Positions 51,489-63,456 of a DNA stretch of 64,000 nucleotides are shown here, one piece after another. The notes beneath the pieces are model-generated. The model did no database searches. It saw only the letters and a program-made list of their open reading frames with translations, and was not told the origin of the DNA. Source of the DNA: Moniliella sp. 'wahieum' (Eukaryota). The translations under genes and the position numbers were made by a program. The stretch lies in contig RSEE01000117.1 in the NCBI GenBank assembly GCA_003971905.1, positions 1 to 64,000 of the forward strand. The letters run 5' to 3'. Each line of letters opens with the position of its first letter. Within the stretch, counting starts at the first letter, position 1.

Positions 51489-53689
51489 ATGTCTTCGTCC
51501 AGCATCTCCCTCTCCATCACTTCCTCCACCGCGACAGCGACGGTGAGTGAGGCGCTGAAAGCTTTGATTGCCAGCGCGCTAGCCCGGCTCAACGGCGCCG
51601 AGATACTCGAGTCGGCTCGGGCCCAAGTGGCACGGTACATCATCACGACGGCCGAAGCGCACCATGGTCTGTTCTGGCACTTTGTCATGGGCAGTGACTG
51701 GGTGTATGCGTCGCATGAACAAGTGCCTACCGGTCCGCGCCTCGAGGGTATCCTGCACTACCGTGGGGAAAACATCAAGTTCACTCTGTGGCAAACCAAA
51801 TGGAACGTGCGTGGCGTCACTTCCCTCGTGGGACCGCCACAGATCACCGCCTCCACCCTCCCGTCCCACATCCAGTCCCGCCTCCTCCTCCTGATCCAGG
51901 AACTGTACAGCGTGCATGGAGCCCAAGCCTCCGCTGTCGCACCGGTCTTTCTGGCCGATAGCCTCAATGCTACCTTTGGGCCCGGCTGGGTCGTCGCGGT
52001 GGGTACCACGGCCGTGTCGGTCTCGGCAAGTGCGTATGCTACATTTCGTACGTCTTCTTCGTCTTCCTCTTCTTCTTCGTCTTCCTTGCTTGTGGCGTAG
52101 ATATCCCCTGGTGGTGCACCACACCCATGCTAATCTGTCCTGATTGTCCAAACAGAGATTGGGAAGGACGTGTTCACCATCTGGAACGTCCCGGGCAGTT
52201 CGACGGGCCCCGAGAGTGACCAGAGCACTTCGCTCTACCTGACAGGAACCACCTTGACCAAACCTTCCGCCACTGGCACGCCCGTGGTGTCGCCCTCGCC
52301 TGCCCTGCCGCTCGGTCCGGAGCAGCCTCGCGGGTTGGAGCAGCCTCGTGGCTTGGAGCCGCACCGTCACCAGCCGAACCAGCAGACTGCTCCCCAGCCT
52401 AACTGGCAACCTGCTCTCCGCCACGTGTGGGGATAGTTGAGTTGGGCCCTCTTAAGACCACTGTGCAGCCCGAGCCTGTTATCGTGACCCCGCACCAAGA
52501 ACCGGTGGTTGATCTGCCTGTTGCGTTTCCGCAGCCCAACCAGCCGTCGGTGCCCGTGCCCAAGTTTAGTGGGTTGCGTAGCGAGCCTTTGGCTGCGCAG
52601 CTTAGTCCCCAGGAACATCCCTATACTGTTGCGCCTTCCCCGCAGACGATTGTTGATCTTGTGCCTCAGCCCGGGCACCATTCCCGCTCCCACTCTGACA
52701 CCTTCCAGCCGCAGGAGCCTGCCTCGCTCCCTCTTCCCCCGCCCCCTCTGGCCCGGAAGCAGGTGCGCTTCTGACCGCGCCTTCGAGCCAAGCTGTGACG
52801 CAAACGCAGCAGGCAGAATGGTCCGAGCTGCACGCGTCAAAAAACTCGCTGGTCGTGTCGGAGGCGTCGTTGGACAAACTGCGTTCGTCAATCGTAGTGG
52901 AGCGGACTAGTTTGGCGTCGGCCGAGCAGACGAAGGTGATCAATGTGGTCATCACTGTTCTGCTTCGTCACATCTCTGATGCCAAGTCCACCTCTTCGTC
53001 CGACTTGGAGGACCTCAAGCAAGCCATCTCGGCGCAGCTGGATGGGTGGCAAGTGCTGGTTGGACCGTACGGCTGCCACGTGAAAAGTGATGCCAAGAAC
53101 ATCATTGCGTTCTGTACGTCTCTACGTCTCTTTGTCTTGTCTGGCGGGGTACCATGCCATTTTGTGTCTGATCCCTCCTGGGTTGTCGGGTACTAACGTG
53201 TGTGGTTGTTTGTGGGTTCGTTCTTTGAATCTTGTAGCGATCGCGGGCTACTACATCGCCCTTGTTCGTCCCTCGCGGAGTACCATCAAGGTATCTCTAA
53301 CGAGTACGACTGCGAGTGGGAAGCACGTGGAGCAGACGGGGATTGTGGACCAGCTGGTGGATGGGCAGCACACTGGGCAAATCAAAGTGGTTGCATCGGA
53401 CTGGCACACTGGCAGTGACCAACTATCTGCGCGCCTCTACGGGATTATTGGGGGGGCCCTGCTTTCGTTGGAGAAGGATGGTCTGTCACTTGAACAGACG
53501 GCCGAGTATGTTAGTAAACGCGCTACGGCGATCGGAAACGGACGTTGGAAGTCCCTCATCTCCGAGACGCCGTTTGGCGAGTCGATCAAGTCGCTGTTTA
53601 CTGCGAGTTATGTCCTCGCTTCTGCCCGCCTGGGAGCCAAGACGTTCCATGTGGCGCTCTACCAGACCGGTCCGGCGTCCCACCTGTGA
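51489..53689 (+). CDS. Protein with four divergent dynein light chain LC8-like domains (2+2) and a Pro/Gln-rich linker
   Basis: Introns 52048-52155, 52763-52809/52812 and 53114-53237 all join in frame, with one frameshift near 52427. Each repeat follows the LC8 order strand-helix-helix-W-x-hydrophobic-G-strand-strand. Confidence 0.7.
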
Positions 53690-55327
53690 GTAGGTCAAAG
53701 TAGGTCAACGTACCGGATCAGCGCTTAGCACTGTGAGCACAGCACAGGCAGGCGGGCGACCGTGCATGCCGCCACTTCTCTCTTCCAAGTTCATTTCTCT
53801 ATGATTCATGAGTTCCCTCTCTGGCTGGGGGGTTTTGGCCTTGTACATTTTGACGGTCCGCGTTTGCTAGATTTTTACGGCCAGCATGCAACCAACCGCC
53901 GAGTACTCCCTCGTACAAGTACCATTTTTCGCTTCTCTTATGCCGGTGTGGGGGCGCGTAGGGAGGGATGTAGTTCAACAGATGAGACAAAAGCATCTAT
54001 ACGAGCCGTTAGGAAGGTGTATAGTGGGGCCGTACCTATAGGTCAGCCGTCGATCGCGTCAATATTCAATACTCAGTGTGCTACGCGAAGGAATGAAGCA
54101 CTCCGAGCGAGTCGGGAGAGCGAGCGACACAGGCGTTGGAAGAGACTGGCATATAAGATCTAAGAGTTGAACGTGTGATGGACAGCGAACGCGCAGGCCC
54201 GACGAGAGGCTGAAGATTGCTGACAGGAGATGTGCTACAGCCATGTCAGTGGCACGTGCACTCGTGCTGCGCCCCAATACTCGCCCAAGCCCGATGCGTC
54301 TTGCGAAAGACCCTCCCCAAAAATATCCAATGCCCCACGGCTCCGCCTCGCTCTAAAAATCAATCTAATCGCCGGCAAGCTCCGGGTGAAGCTAGTGACC
54401 TAGTGACCCAGCCTGGAGATAGTGTTGTGAGACGTTCGCGTACGCCTCTCCACGCCGATCGAGCCCACGCATTCGGATCCGCTGTCAAGCTGTATAACCT
54501 TCAAGCTTCCGCAGGGTTTACCGTTCGGCCCGGGTCCCTGAGTGAAACTGATACTGAGTGAGTGTACTGCGCAGCAGTGACTAGCAAATGACTGGAGACT
54601 AGGGTGATTCGTGACTCATCACCTGATGGATCCATCATCTGAGGCTACCGAGCGCTACGAATACCAACGCGCAGTAACTCGTAACGACCTACGACCATCT
54701 ATTACTAGTAGGCTGGTGTCCTTCTAACTCCGACTGGCTGCGGTTTTTTTCTCATCCCCCGGGTTGTCGGTGGTCCGGTCACCATGTTCATCGGTAATCC
54801 TAGGGCCGAAAAGAGCGCCAGCTGCGATCCGAACCCGTTCGCACATACAGCGTAGAATGCAGGCCTCAGGCAGGCCCTCAGGCCTTCGGGCCTCGGCCTC
54901 ACTAGTCACTCGCACCGAAAATATGTAGCATGCGCGGTGCACCTCCAACAGTGAGTTCCCACAACCTTGAACGTTCAAGCTTCAAGGCAACTGCGAACCA
55001 ACGGGGGTGTGTGGCTCTGGACGGGGGCAATGCACCGCAGGGGCCGGAAGGGGCCGGCAAGGCACGTGGCCCCTGGGTGCCAACAGGTGGAGTTGCGAGT
55101 GGAGGTGGAGTACCGTGTGGACCACAGTGGAGCTGAGCGTGGAGATTCACCGGCCATTCACCACTGACCGTATTTCCGACGTATGCTTGCTTTGTCTAGC
55201 TCTTGAAAATTGTACGTAACGCGGTCCCGGCGTCTCACCCAGTCAAAATTCAATTCGATTATCGATGAGTCCTTTTTAACAACGCCGCACGAGCGACAAC
55301 CACGCGGCCATTGACGCCATCACAGAT

Positions 55328-55381
55328 GGCTGCGTCAGGACCGCGCTGCTCTGAGGCTGCGTCAGGACCGCGCTGCTCAGA
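55328..55381. repeat. 27-bp tandem duplication
   Basis: GGCTGCGTCAGGACCGCGCTGCTCWGA x2. Confidence 0.9.
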
Positions 55382-55517
55382 GGTTCCGATCCGACATGCC
55401 TTGTGCTTTTCCCTGCCTCGCTAGCTGGGCCGCGGTCTTGCTATTTGAAGGGCTGCAATCGAACCGCTGCTCCACTTCTCCATCCACCCCCCCATCCCAT
55501 CCACCCCTCGCCCTACG

Positions 55518-56867
55518 ATGCGCTTCCTCTCTCTCGCCAGTCTTCTGAGCGTGGGCCTGGCCTCTTCACCTTGGCTGCACCCTTGGGCTGGCCCGTGGAG
55601 CGGTCCAATGGGTACCCGGAGCCGTCCCAGGACCCATTCTATGCGGCCCCAAGCAACTTGAGTGCCTACAGCCGTGGGCAAATTATTCGTCGTCGGCCCA
55701 TCACCTCGCCTCTGGTCACTACCGCGAGCAAAGCCGAACAAATCGTGTACCGCACGACCAACACGCAAAACAAGCCTCCTGGACCGTCTCGACGCTGTTC
55801 ACTCCCTCCCAGCCTGCCGAGAACAAGGGGTTGTACGTGTGGCTTGCGTATGAGGATGCAGCGAACCTAAAGTGCTCCCCAAGCTACAGTTTGGCCGTTG
55901 GCTCGGCATTCCCAGCTTACCAAAGTACCGTGGACAACTTGACGGTAATCTCGTTGGAGTGGGCGCTGGGACGTGGGTTGTACGTCACAGTTCCGGATCA
56001 TGAGGGTCCTCACTCGGGCTTCCTGTCCGGGTACGAGGAGGGCTACGCGACGCTTGATGCGGCGCGTGCGTCTCTTTCGGCATTGGAGTTGGACCCCAAG
56101 ACACCCATTGCCCTGCACGGGTACAGTGGTGGTGGTCATGCCACGGTCTGGGCCGCGAACTTGGTCCCGTCGTACGGTTGGGATTTGAATGTGCTTGCCG
56201 CTGCGCATGGTGGTACGCCGATTGACATTCAGGCCACGGCGGAGATGGATGATAACACACCCACTGCCGGATCGATCCCATCGGCCTTGGCGGGCATCTT
56301 GGCTACGTACCCTAAGAAGTACCTCAAGGCATTTGAGAAGCACTGCAGCAAGAAGTTCCTGGATGCCTTGGCCTTTACTCAAAAGGATGGGGAATGCTCA
56401 ACGGCTGACGTGGTCACGTTAGCCAACACGAGCTGGATTGGAGAGTGCCACTTTACGCCTTCGTTCTGGACCTCGTCGACAATCAGTACCTGGCGCATCG
56501 GGAGTCGTTGTTGGCCAACCAAAGTTCCAGCGCGATTGGCGTGCCTCAGTTCCCACGCTTCATCTACCACGGTAGTGAGGACACTCGTATCCCCATCACG
56601 CCCGTCAAGTCCTATGTGCACCAACAGTGCGTTGCTGGTGGTGGGCCTATCCAGTTTGGCATTCTCAATGGCACCACACCACGGTGGGGCTGTTGGGTGC
56701 GCCGCAGGCCTTGCGCTTCCTCCAAGACGCGTTTGCGGGCAACACGTCTACCCCCGCGTGTGGTGAGGGGGCGATATCTTGACCCTTCAATCCCCGACCT
56801 GGCGCAGGTTCTCGGAGCTCCGACGGCCAAGGCGCTGTTGGAGCTGGCCGAGGCAGCTTCCAGCTAA
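55518..56867 (+). CDS. Secreted lipase (LIP / CAL-A-like family)
   Basis: Signal-peptide-like MRFLSLASLLSVGLA, PSQDPFY, QIVYRTTNTQ, YEDAANLKCSPSY, VPDHEG, ATLDAARA, GYSGG nucleophile motif and PRFIYHGSED. Confidence 0.92.
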
Positions 56868-58278
56868 GTTCAGGGCCACTCGCCCCGTTTACACTGTGGT
56901 CTCGCTACATTTTCTTTCTCCATACGCACACTCTCTGCCCGTGCATGTTACTGTGATATGATGTCTCTGGTATTGTGGGCAAATCCTAAGGAGGCATGAG
57001 TTACTCTCCCCATCAGATTCGACCAAACCCATTCTTTACCGCGACTGCACCTGGAACGTGATCGATGTCAATTTTTTCGTTTTGTATAGCTCTCCTTGTG
57101 TCTGAACGCACTTGTCCTCCATCTCGCACTTGCGATACCGTAGAAGCCTTTGAGGAGAGATAAGACAACGAGCTACTCTTTTTATTGTCGACATGTATAT
57201 GCATGGTGACGAAGGTGGGCAGAGGGAGGAAGAGGAAGAGGGGAAACAGTTATCGAGCCATCATGGGGTTACTCGTGCTCTTGATGATCAAGGTCGCTTC
57301 GGGCCCTCTTACTTAGGCTAGCTTCAGGCCGAGTCTAGGAGCTCCAGTCTTGTGTCGCTTCTGCTGTTGTCGTTGTTGCGCAGCCAGATGCGGTAGTCAC
57401 TACGGCGTCTGACTGATTTGGATGTGATGTGCTGTTGTGTGTGGTTTTGGTTGGCTACTGGCACCCGCACTACAGTCGCCGGCGGGTCTAGCTGTGATTT
57501 GGATGTGCTCTTGTCGTTTTGGTTGGCTACGCCCCCAACACTACACTCGTCGGATGTGGGATATGGGCGCTGGCGTGGACTCTTGCGCTTGGGCACACGC
57601 TGATGGTGGCACCATCAGGACCATGGGTGGTTCGAATGCATGCATGCATCGACGCTTGGGGCGTCGAGTTCAGTTCAACGTTCAACGTTCAAGCGGCCCC
57701 TGCAAGCGGAAGCTGAAAGCTGCAAGCGGGAATGGGGCAAAGGCCGTTGGGCGTACGTAAGCCTACCGAGCAAACCGAGCAATCTGCAGGGGCGCAGGCA
57801 GGCAGCGCGCGGCAGGAGCCCCGGGAGCAGCGCGTGCGCGGGCGGGGCCAACGCCTGGCACAACAGCGGTGATGTCATGCATGGAGCCCATGCGGTCGAT
57901 CGCAGATCATCGACCAACACGCCCAACGCTGACCGCGCACCGCTGAGGGATGGGTGATGATCGATGCGTGGTTGCTGGCCTCCGCCCGCGCTCGCACCAC
58001 ACCACTGTGCCGGCCAGTTGGGGTAGTAGCATGTGTGTGACCGGTGACCGGCTGGCCGCCCCCGCGCAACACCGCCCCCCCAGCGCATCACGTGAGCACA
58101 CACTGGGCGTGTGCCGCCGAGCGGAGCGGAGGGGCTTGCAGTTGCACTCTACGCTGCAGCTGGCGCTGGGCTGCTGCCCCTGCTGCCTGCTGGCCCTGCC
58201 CGCTTCTTGTCCCCGCTTTTTGGAGCGCTCTGCTCCTGCCCCACCACCACCGCCGCTGCCTCCCCTCCTGTGGGCGCC

Positions 58279-59765
58279 ATGGGCTTTCCCGAGCGCTATG
58301 CGCTCGACACACCCGCCATAGACGTCCACCGTCTCCCGCGGGCAATCAACCCCGTCGTCATCTGGGTCACACGCATGCTGCTCACCCTGTGCATTTGCGG
58401 TCTCTCGCTCGCCGTCCTGGTCGTCAGCTGCCTCACCGTCAAGGTAGGTCCCCCCCCCCCATGCACGACCTGCGTTTCTTTTGCCCCGTCCCTCCTTACT
58501 GACCCTCCTTGCAGTGGTACAACGACAATGATCCTATCGTCAAGCCCTCCTGGGGCTCCCTCATTCCTCATCATCCTCGGTGTCTGCACCCCCCTCATCT
58601 ACTTTGGGTACGACGTCGCCCTCCCTCTCGCGCCCTTTGTCCATCCGGGCGACATCCTTTACTGCCTGCTCGACGTAAAGGTCGAGATTGTGCTCCAGTT
58701 CTCCATGTGTGTCTTGTGGGTATCCGGCACCTTGGCCTACTTTGAAGATCTGGGCGGCAGGAGGCCTGTACCTTTGACTCGTACTACCACTATGCCAAGC
58801 CGAACGACTTTAACCATGTGTGTTCCTTCGCGACCTGGTATGGAAGTTGTCGTGGGCCACGTTTGCCATCCAGGTTTTCCTCTTCTTTTTCGAAGTGCTC
58901 GCCGCTGCCTACATCTTTTTTTTCTCGATCAGGAGGTCCTCAACGAACCTCACTATACTGGGGCAGGAGGGTACGACTTTCAAAAGGGCCGTCGCGCTTC
59001 GAAACAAGCATCACGCGCCACGCGTGCTAGTCGTACCCCTCCCCAATTTGCCTACAAGGATCACCCTCCTGCTTCCTATCGCCGTGCCGCCCCATACCGC
59101 GATTCTTCGCGAGACTACGACCGGCGGGACTACGACCAACGGGACTACGACCAGCGGGATTACGATGAGCGAGACTACGATGAGCGAGACTACGATCCTC
59201 AGGACTACGATTCCGAGGAGTATGATGCTCGGGACTACGATCCGCAAGACGTTGAGGATGCTCATGAGCATGCTGGCTCGGTCGTGTCCCGCTCGACGAC
59301 CCGGCACTCGCGTACGTCGGCCCGGCGTGGCGGCGGGTACAATGTAGGTACTCCAGCGGAGCCTACGCCATTTGAGGAGGAGATGCACGAAGCCGGACCC
59401 TATGTCGGTGAGGACGAGTGGGTTGGACGGTCGAGTTTTGCGAGAACCGCACCGAACGTGGGTACGAGACGACGCGGGTCTCCACTCGACCCCTTCGCTC
59501 CGGCTCGAGCGCGATCGCAAGCTCGTCGCGGGTCTGCCTATTACCGTGGCGGCTCGCAAGCTGCCACGTCGCGACGCGGGTCGTACTCGGACCTGACTTT
59601 GCGCTCAGCGCCTCGTCGACAAGCCAGCGGCGCGTCTCACACCGGGGAGCGTCGTATGCGTCGGAGCCACCTGCTGTGGACGAAGAGAGTGAGGTGGAAG
59701 ATGATTTACCTGCGCTCGGTACGCGCGGTCGACGGGCGTACCTTTCTGATTCAGATGAGGAGTGA
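58279..59765 (+). CDS. MARVEL-like four-TM membrane protein with RDYDx-repeat cytosolic tail
   Basis: Four hydrophobic segments after removing intron 58444-58514 and correcting frames; charged low-complexity tail ending AYLSDSDEE*. Confidence 0.65.
59109..59245 (+). repeat. 15-bp coding repeat (RDYDx)x~9
   Basis: CGRGAYTAYGAY-NNN units. Confidence 0.85.
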
Positions 59766-61057
59766 ACATGGGCCCGTTCCGTTTGCCCTCTCTCTCCTTT
59801 GTTACCCTCTTTTGCTCGAACCTATTCTTCTGCATTTCGCTTGTTCGTTATCGTACTTTGCATGACGCGCATTTGTGTACAGCTCGTCTCGAGATAAGAA
59901 GGGAGAAGGTAAATGCTAAGACGGCAGACATAAGGAATCGGTCTGGCAAAAACAAGGCTAGAGGCGGTGGCACGTTACCGCGCGGAAAAGGGCTCAACAA
60001 GTAGACGGGATCAAGTACAGGCCTAAGCGCTCCCAGCGAGGGGTGCATGCGTCCAACTGGTGCACCATCCCATTGTCCCTGGATGCTGAGCAGTACAGAG
60101 CCTTGGGGGACAAGTGGCCTCGCTGAAATACAGTCTTTCAGGGTAAAGCCGACAATTGCACGGCGGGCCAACGCTTGTTGTTTGCCGAATCCAATATTCA
60201 TGTGGATGGAGTGGGAAGAGATTCGCATGCCCAGGCTCAAATGTTTCAGCTTTCAGCTGCGATGAAGGAATTGGAGGCGCAGCGCACATCCTGTACGCCA
60301 CACATCATGTGCTGCGAGGAAACTTTTAGTACTTACGCGCCCATCTGCTCGTCACCATGTTCACGCCTGAGAAGCAGGCACCGTCACGCATGCAGACGAG
60401 CCGTTCCTGAGGCCTGATGCAAGCGATTGCAAGCTTGGTGCCTGAAAGCAACTGAGTAGCTAGTGGCGGTGCCATTCGATTACATTTTGTCAATGGTTCG
60501 TCTGCAACTGTTGTGAGCGGTACTGCCTGCTCCGCCCTTGTGGGATACATACCGTTGTCCTGCTCTCCTGAGGCGCCGTGCTGGCGGAGTACTGAGTACT
60601 CGTTGAGTTCAGCAGGATCAGGATGTGGTTGAGTTGAGTATTAGAGTACGGCTGATACTACTGCATTTCCCGGGTACCCGTCTCCCAGTACAACAACAAC
60701 AGTAACTCGATCTCACTGAAATGCTCATCTTTTGGGGGCTACTGTAGTACGACCTCGTCTACCTATTGGAACCGTGCCGCCCGTAATGCAAGCGAAGTGC
60801 AAATTAAAGTACAGAGAGAGCCGGAGGCCCATCCTTAGCTTTCTCTTTGTACACCAGGTCTGCGCCGATTGGTGTGGTCTTCTTTGGCAAAGGAGGAACA
60901 AAGCAGATATATCCTTGTGTCATTAGTAGGAATGCTATATTTCGGCGCCGCGGGTGGTCGTGCCATCGTCTCCCAAAGTACGTTCAACGATTTCTCTGTT
61001 GGTACGCACAATCCCCAATTATTCCCCAAGACAATGTGCCCAAGGGAATGTGCCCAA

Positions 61058-61152
61058 GGCAATGTGCCCGAGCGGTTAAGGGGATTGATTCGAATGCCTT
61101 TCGAAGTATCAATTAGGCTTTGCCTGCACAGGTTCGAGTCCTGTCATTGTCG
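61058..61152 (+). tRNA. tRNA-Ser(CGA) with ~13-nt intron
   Basis: Acceptor stem GGCAATG/CATTGTC with G73; D-arm TGCCCGAGCGGTTAAGGG; anticodon stem ATTGA/TCAAT with loop TT-CGA-A|intron|A; long variable arm AGGC-TTT-GCCT; T-arm ACAGG-TTCGAGT-CCTGT; T-run terminator at about 61157. Confidence 0.93.
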
Positions 61153-61619
61153 ATCATTTTTGACCAATATTTTTCACGTTTCCGCTTCTCGTGCGTGTTT
61201 CTTCACTTCTGAGCCCACATGCGACCACGGTAGGCCGCGGATGGTGACCGCAGCGTGGATAAGGTGTCCGCTCTCTCTCTCTCTTGCTAGTCTAACGGGA
61301 CTGACGCGTGTTTCGATGAGATGTGTACGACATGCGGGGCTCAGAGATAACCGTAGCGCCCTGGAACAATTCTCATCTCAATCCGTATCCATTCGCGCTA
61401 CATCATGCGCCATTGGCCTCGTATTCTTTTTTTGGGGAGCGCGAGCTGCGGCAAACGCCGGAATAGCTTGCTAAGTGTGGTCCAAGTGTGTTCTCTATAT
61501 CCCCCGGCTGAAATTTTGGAAGAGTCGAACACATAGTTTCAGTCAGGGGATGCTGATCAGGAGAAAGGCGGGGCTAGAGCAGTGGTATGGTATCGGTGCC
61601 AAAGAGAGGGCACATGCAT

Positions 61620-63456
61620 CTAGTCCAAGACCTTGAGTACGTCAAACCGCTCAGCGTCAATCGCTTGGCGCACAATAGCCATCGGGTCCATCTTGGGCTT
61701 CTGGGGCTCGTCCACCTTCACTCCCTCTTCTTTCTCCTGCCCAGCATCCACCTTGGCATCGTCTTCGGACACAGTCTCGACCATTACCCAATCCTGAGGC
61801 GATTTACCCTCAAGAAACAGTTTAGCATGTTGGCACTGAAACCCGAAACCAGGGCTGTGCCATCGTCGTTGATCGTCACGGGTGCCTGCTTGTCTAGATC
61901 CCATCGTTGCGCAAATTCCAAAAGACGAGTTGAGGTCGCTCATACCCAGCCTGTTTGTACATCTCCTCGATCTCTTCAAAATGAGTCAGAACATTGTCGC
62001 CCCCGGCTTGGTCAAACTGCATGTCGCTAAAGACAAACGAGTCTTGGGCATGTCAGCAGCAGGCACCTTCTTTGCCGTGGCCCGGCCAAGAATGGTAGTG
62101 AACACGGCGAGAAAATCAGTGTTCCAGCCCCAGTCCATGTCTTGGATGGAGGCTACCCGTTCCGTCAGATTCTTGCCCTCAATGTGGAAAAACTGGGGGT
62201 GTTCACTGAAGGTGAAACGTGGTTATGCCATGGCTCGGCGGTGATCTCAGCAAGAAGAAGCCCGAGCGCACAAGCGACATGCATAGGCTCCCCGGACATG
62301 CTCCCCGAAACATCCACCACAGCCAGTGCCGAAGGGAGTGTGCCCGCTGACTTGATGTGCTGAACAAAGGCGTCCCATTGCAGGTTGCACACCATACTCC
62401 TTAGCAGGTTTTTGCCAACAGAGCCGCGGACACGCTCAGCCTCGTCGACAATGGTATGGGGCTTGAGCACGGCCGCATTCACCTTGGCTTTCCCGCCAGC
62501 AACATCCATTAGATAGGTCTCAAACGCTTGGGGTCGTGCGTCGCAAACGAATCGGAATTACGCTGCATCGAGAGTGAGGGAACGGCATTGTAGTTGATGG
62601 CCCCCCATTTTTGGGCTGACATGCTGACCTCGACGACATGCAGGCAAGCGCGGAGCGGGCTGAGATACGTTCGGCGGAGATGATTGCGTGCCTTGATTAA
62701 ACAAGACGGCAGGACATCCCCCTTGTCGTCTCGCTCCACACCACTTGGTTGTAGAGCTTAAGTGCCACCGCATCGTATAGCCCCGTTTGCTTGTCCAAAC
62801 TCTTGTCCTGCGAAGGCATCCACTTGGCCGCTAAGCTGACTTGGCCCGACTCAGCGACCATACAGGCCAAGTCCTCGGCCAACTGGGTGGCAAACAAGTT
62901 CACTACTACCGCCTCCATCACGGGGGTTGGGATAGGCTTGAGGCGCATCTGAGCATACATATCCTTATACTTGACGGTCAATTGGGAATCATAAGGGGCG
63001 CACGTCGGTGTTGATCCCGATGGCGCCTGCGCCCAAACGCGGCCCTGTTCGCCGAGGCGAGACCGTCCATTTCGACTTGGTCCTCGTCAGTCTGTCGAAA
63101 CAAGGAAAGGAACGTGGCCAGGTCCCCCAGCATCCAAACTCGGGCACCCACTTGAGTGCCGTCAGAACCGTACTGGGATGCGCTGGCCATAATGCCTGCA
63201 AAGCGTAGAGCGCCACCCTGTTGATCGCCTTGCCCTCGCGTACGTCCAAAGCGTAGAAAATGAGCTTGAGCGTGTCCAGGGGGGACACCTGCCAAGAGGC
63301 CAAAGTGAGCTCCTGCGCGGCTGGACGTCGAGTGGTGTCCTTCAGACCGTAGAACAAGTCCACACGGGCATCCCGGGACGAAGCCTGAGTCAGGCCGCCG
63401 TTTTCGGTGTACGTGACAGACAAGGCCTCAACGAGAGCGTTGGGTGCGGTGGTCAT
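61620..63456 (-). CDS. DUF2828 family protein with C-terminal vWA-like domain (frameshifted, no introns seen)
   Basis: TYTENGGLTQASSRDARVDLFY, SWQVSPLDTLKLIFYALDVREGK, VPEFGCWG, VSLAAKWMPS, YLSPLR, KWGAINYNAVPSLSM, KVNAAVLKPH, NLQW, LAVVDVSGSMSGEPMHVACALGLLLAE and FDVLKVLD*. Confidence 0.9.

Noticed and set aside
57324..57596. 90-aa ORF with an internal VANQN...TSKS repeat
   Set aside because: It reflects a small imperfect DNA duplication; there is no other evidence of coding.
17397..63456. Mass pseudogenisation or programmed frameshifting
   Set aside because: Essential genes keep intact motifs without accumulated in-frame stops; sequencing indels are far more parsimonious.
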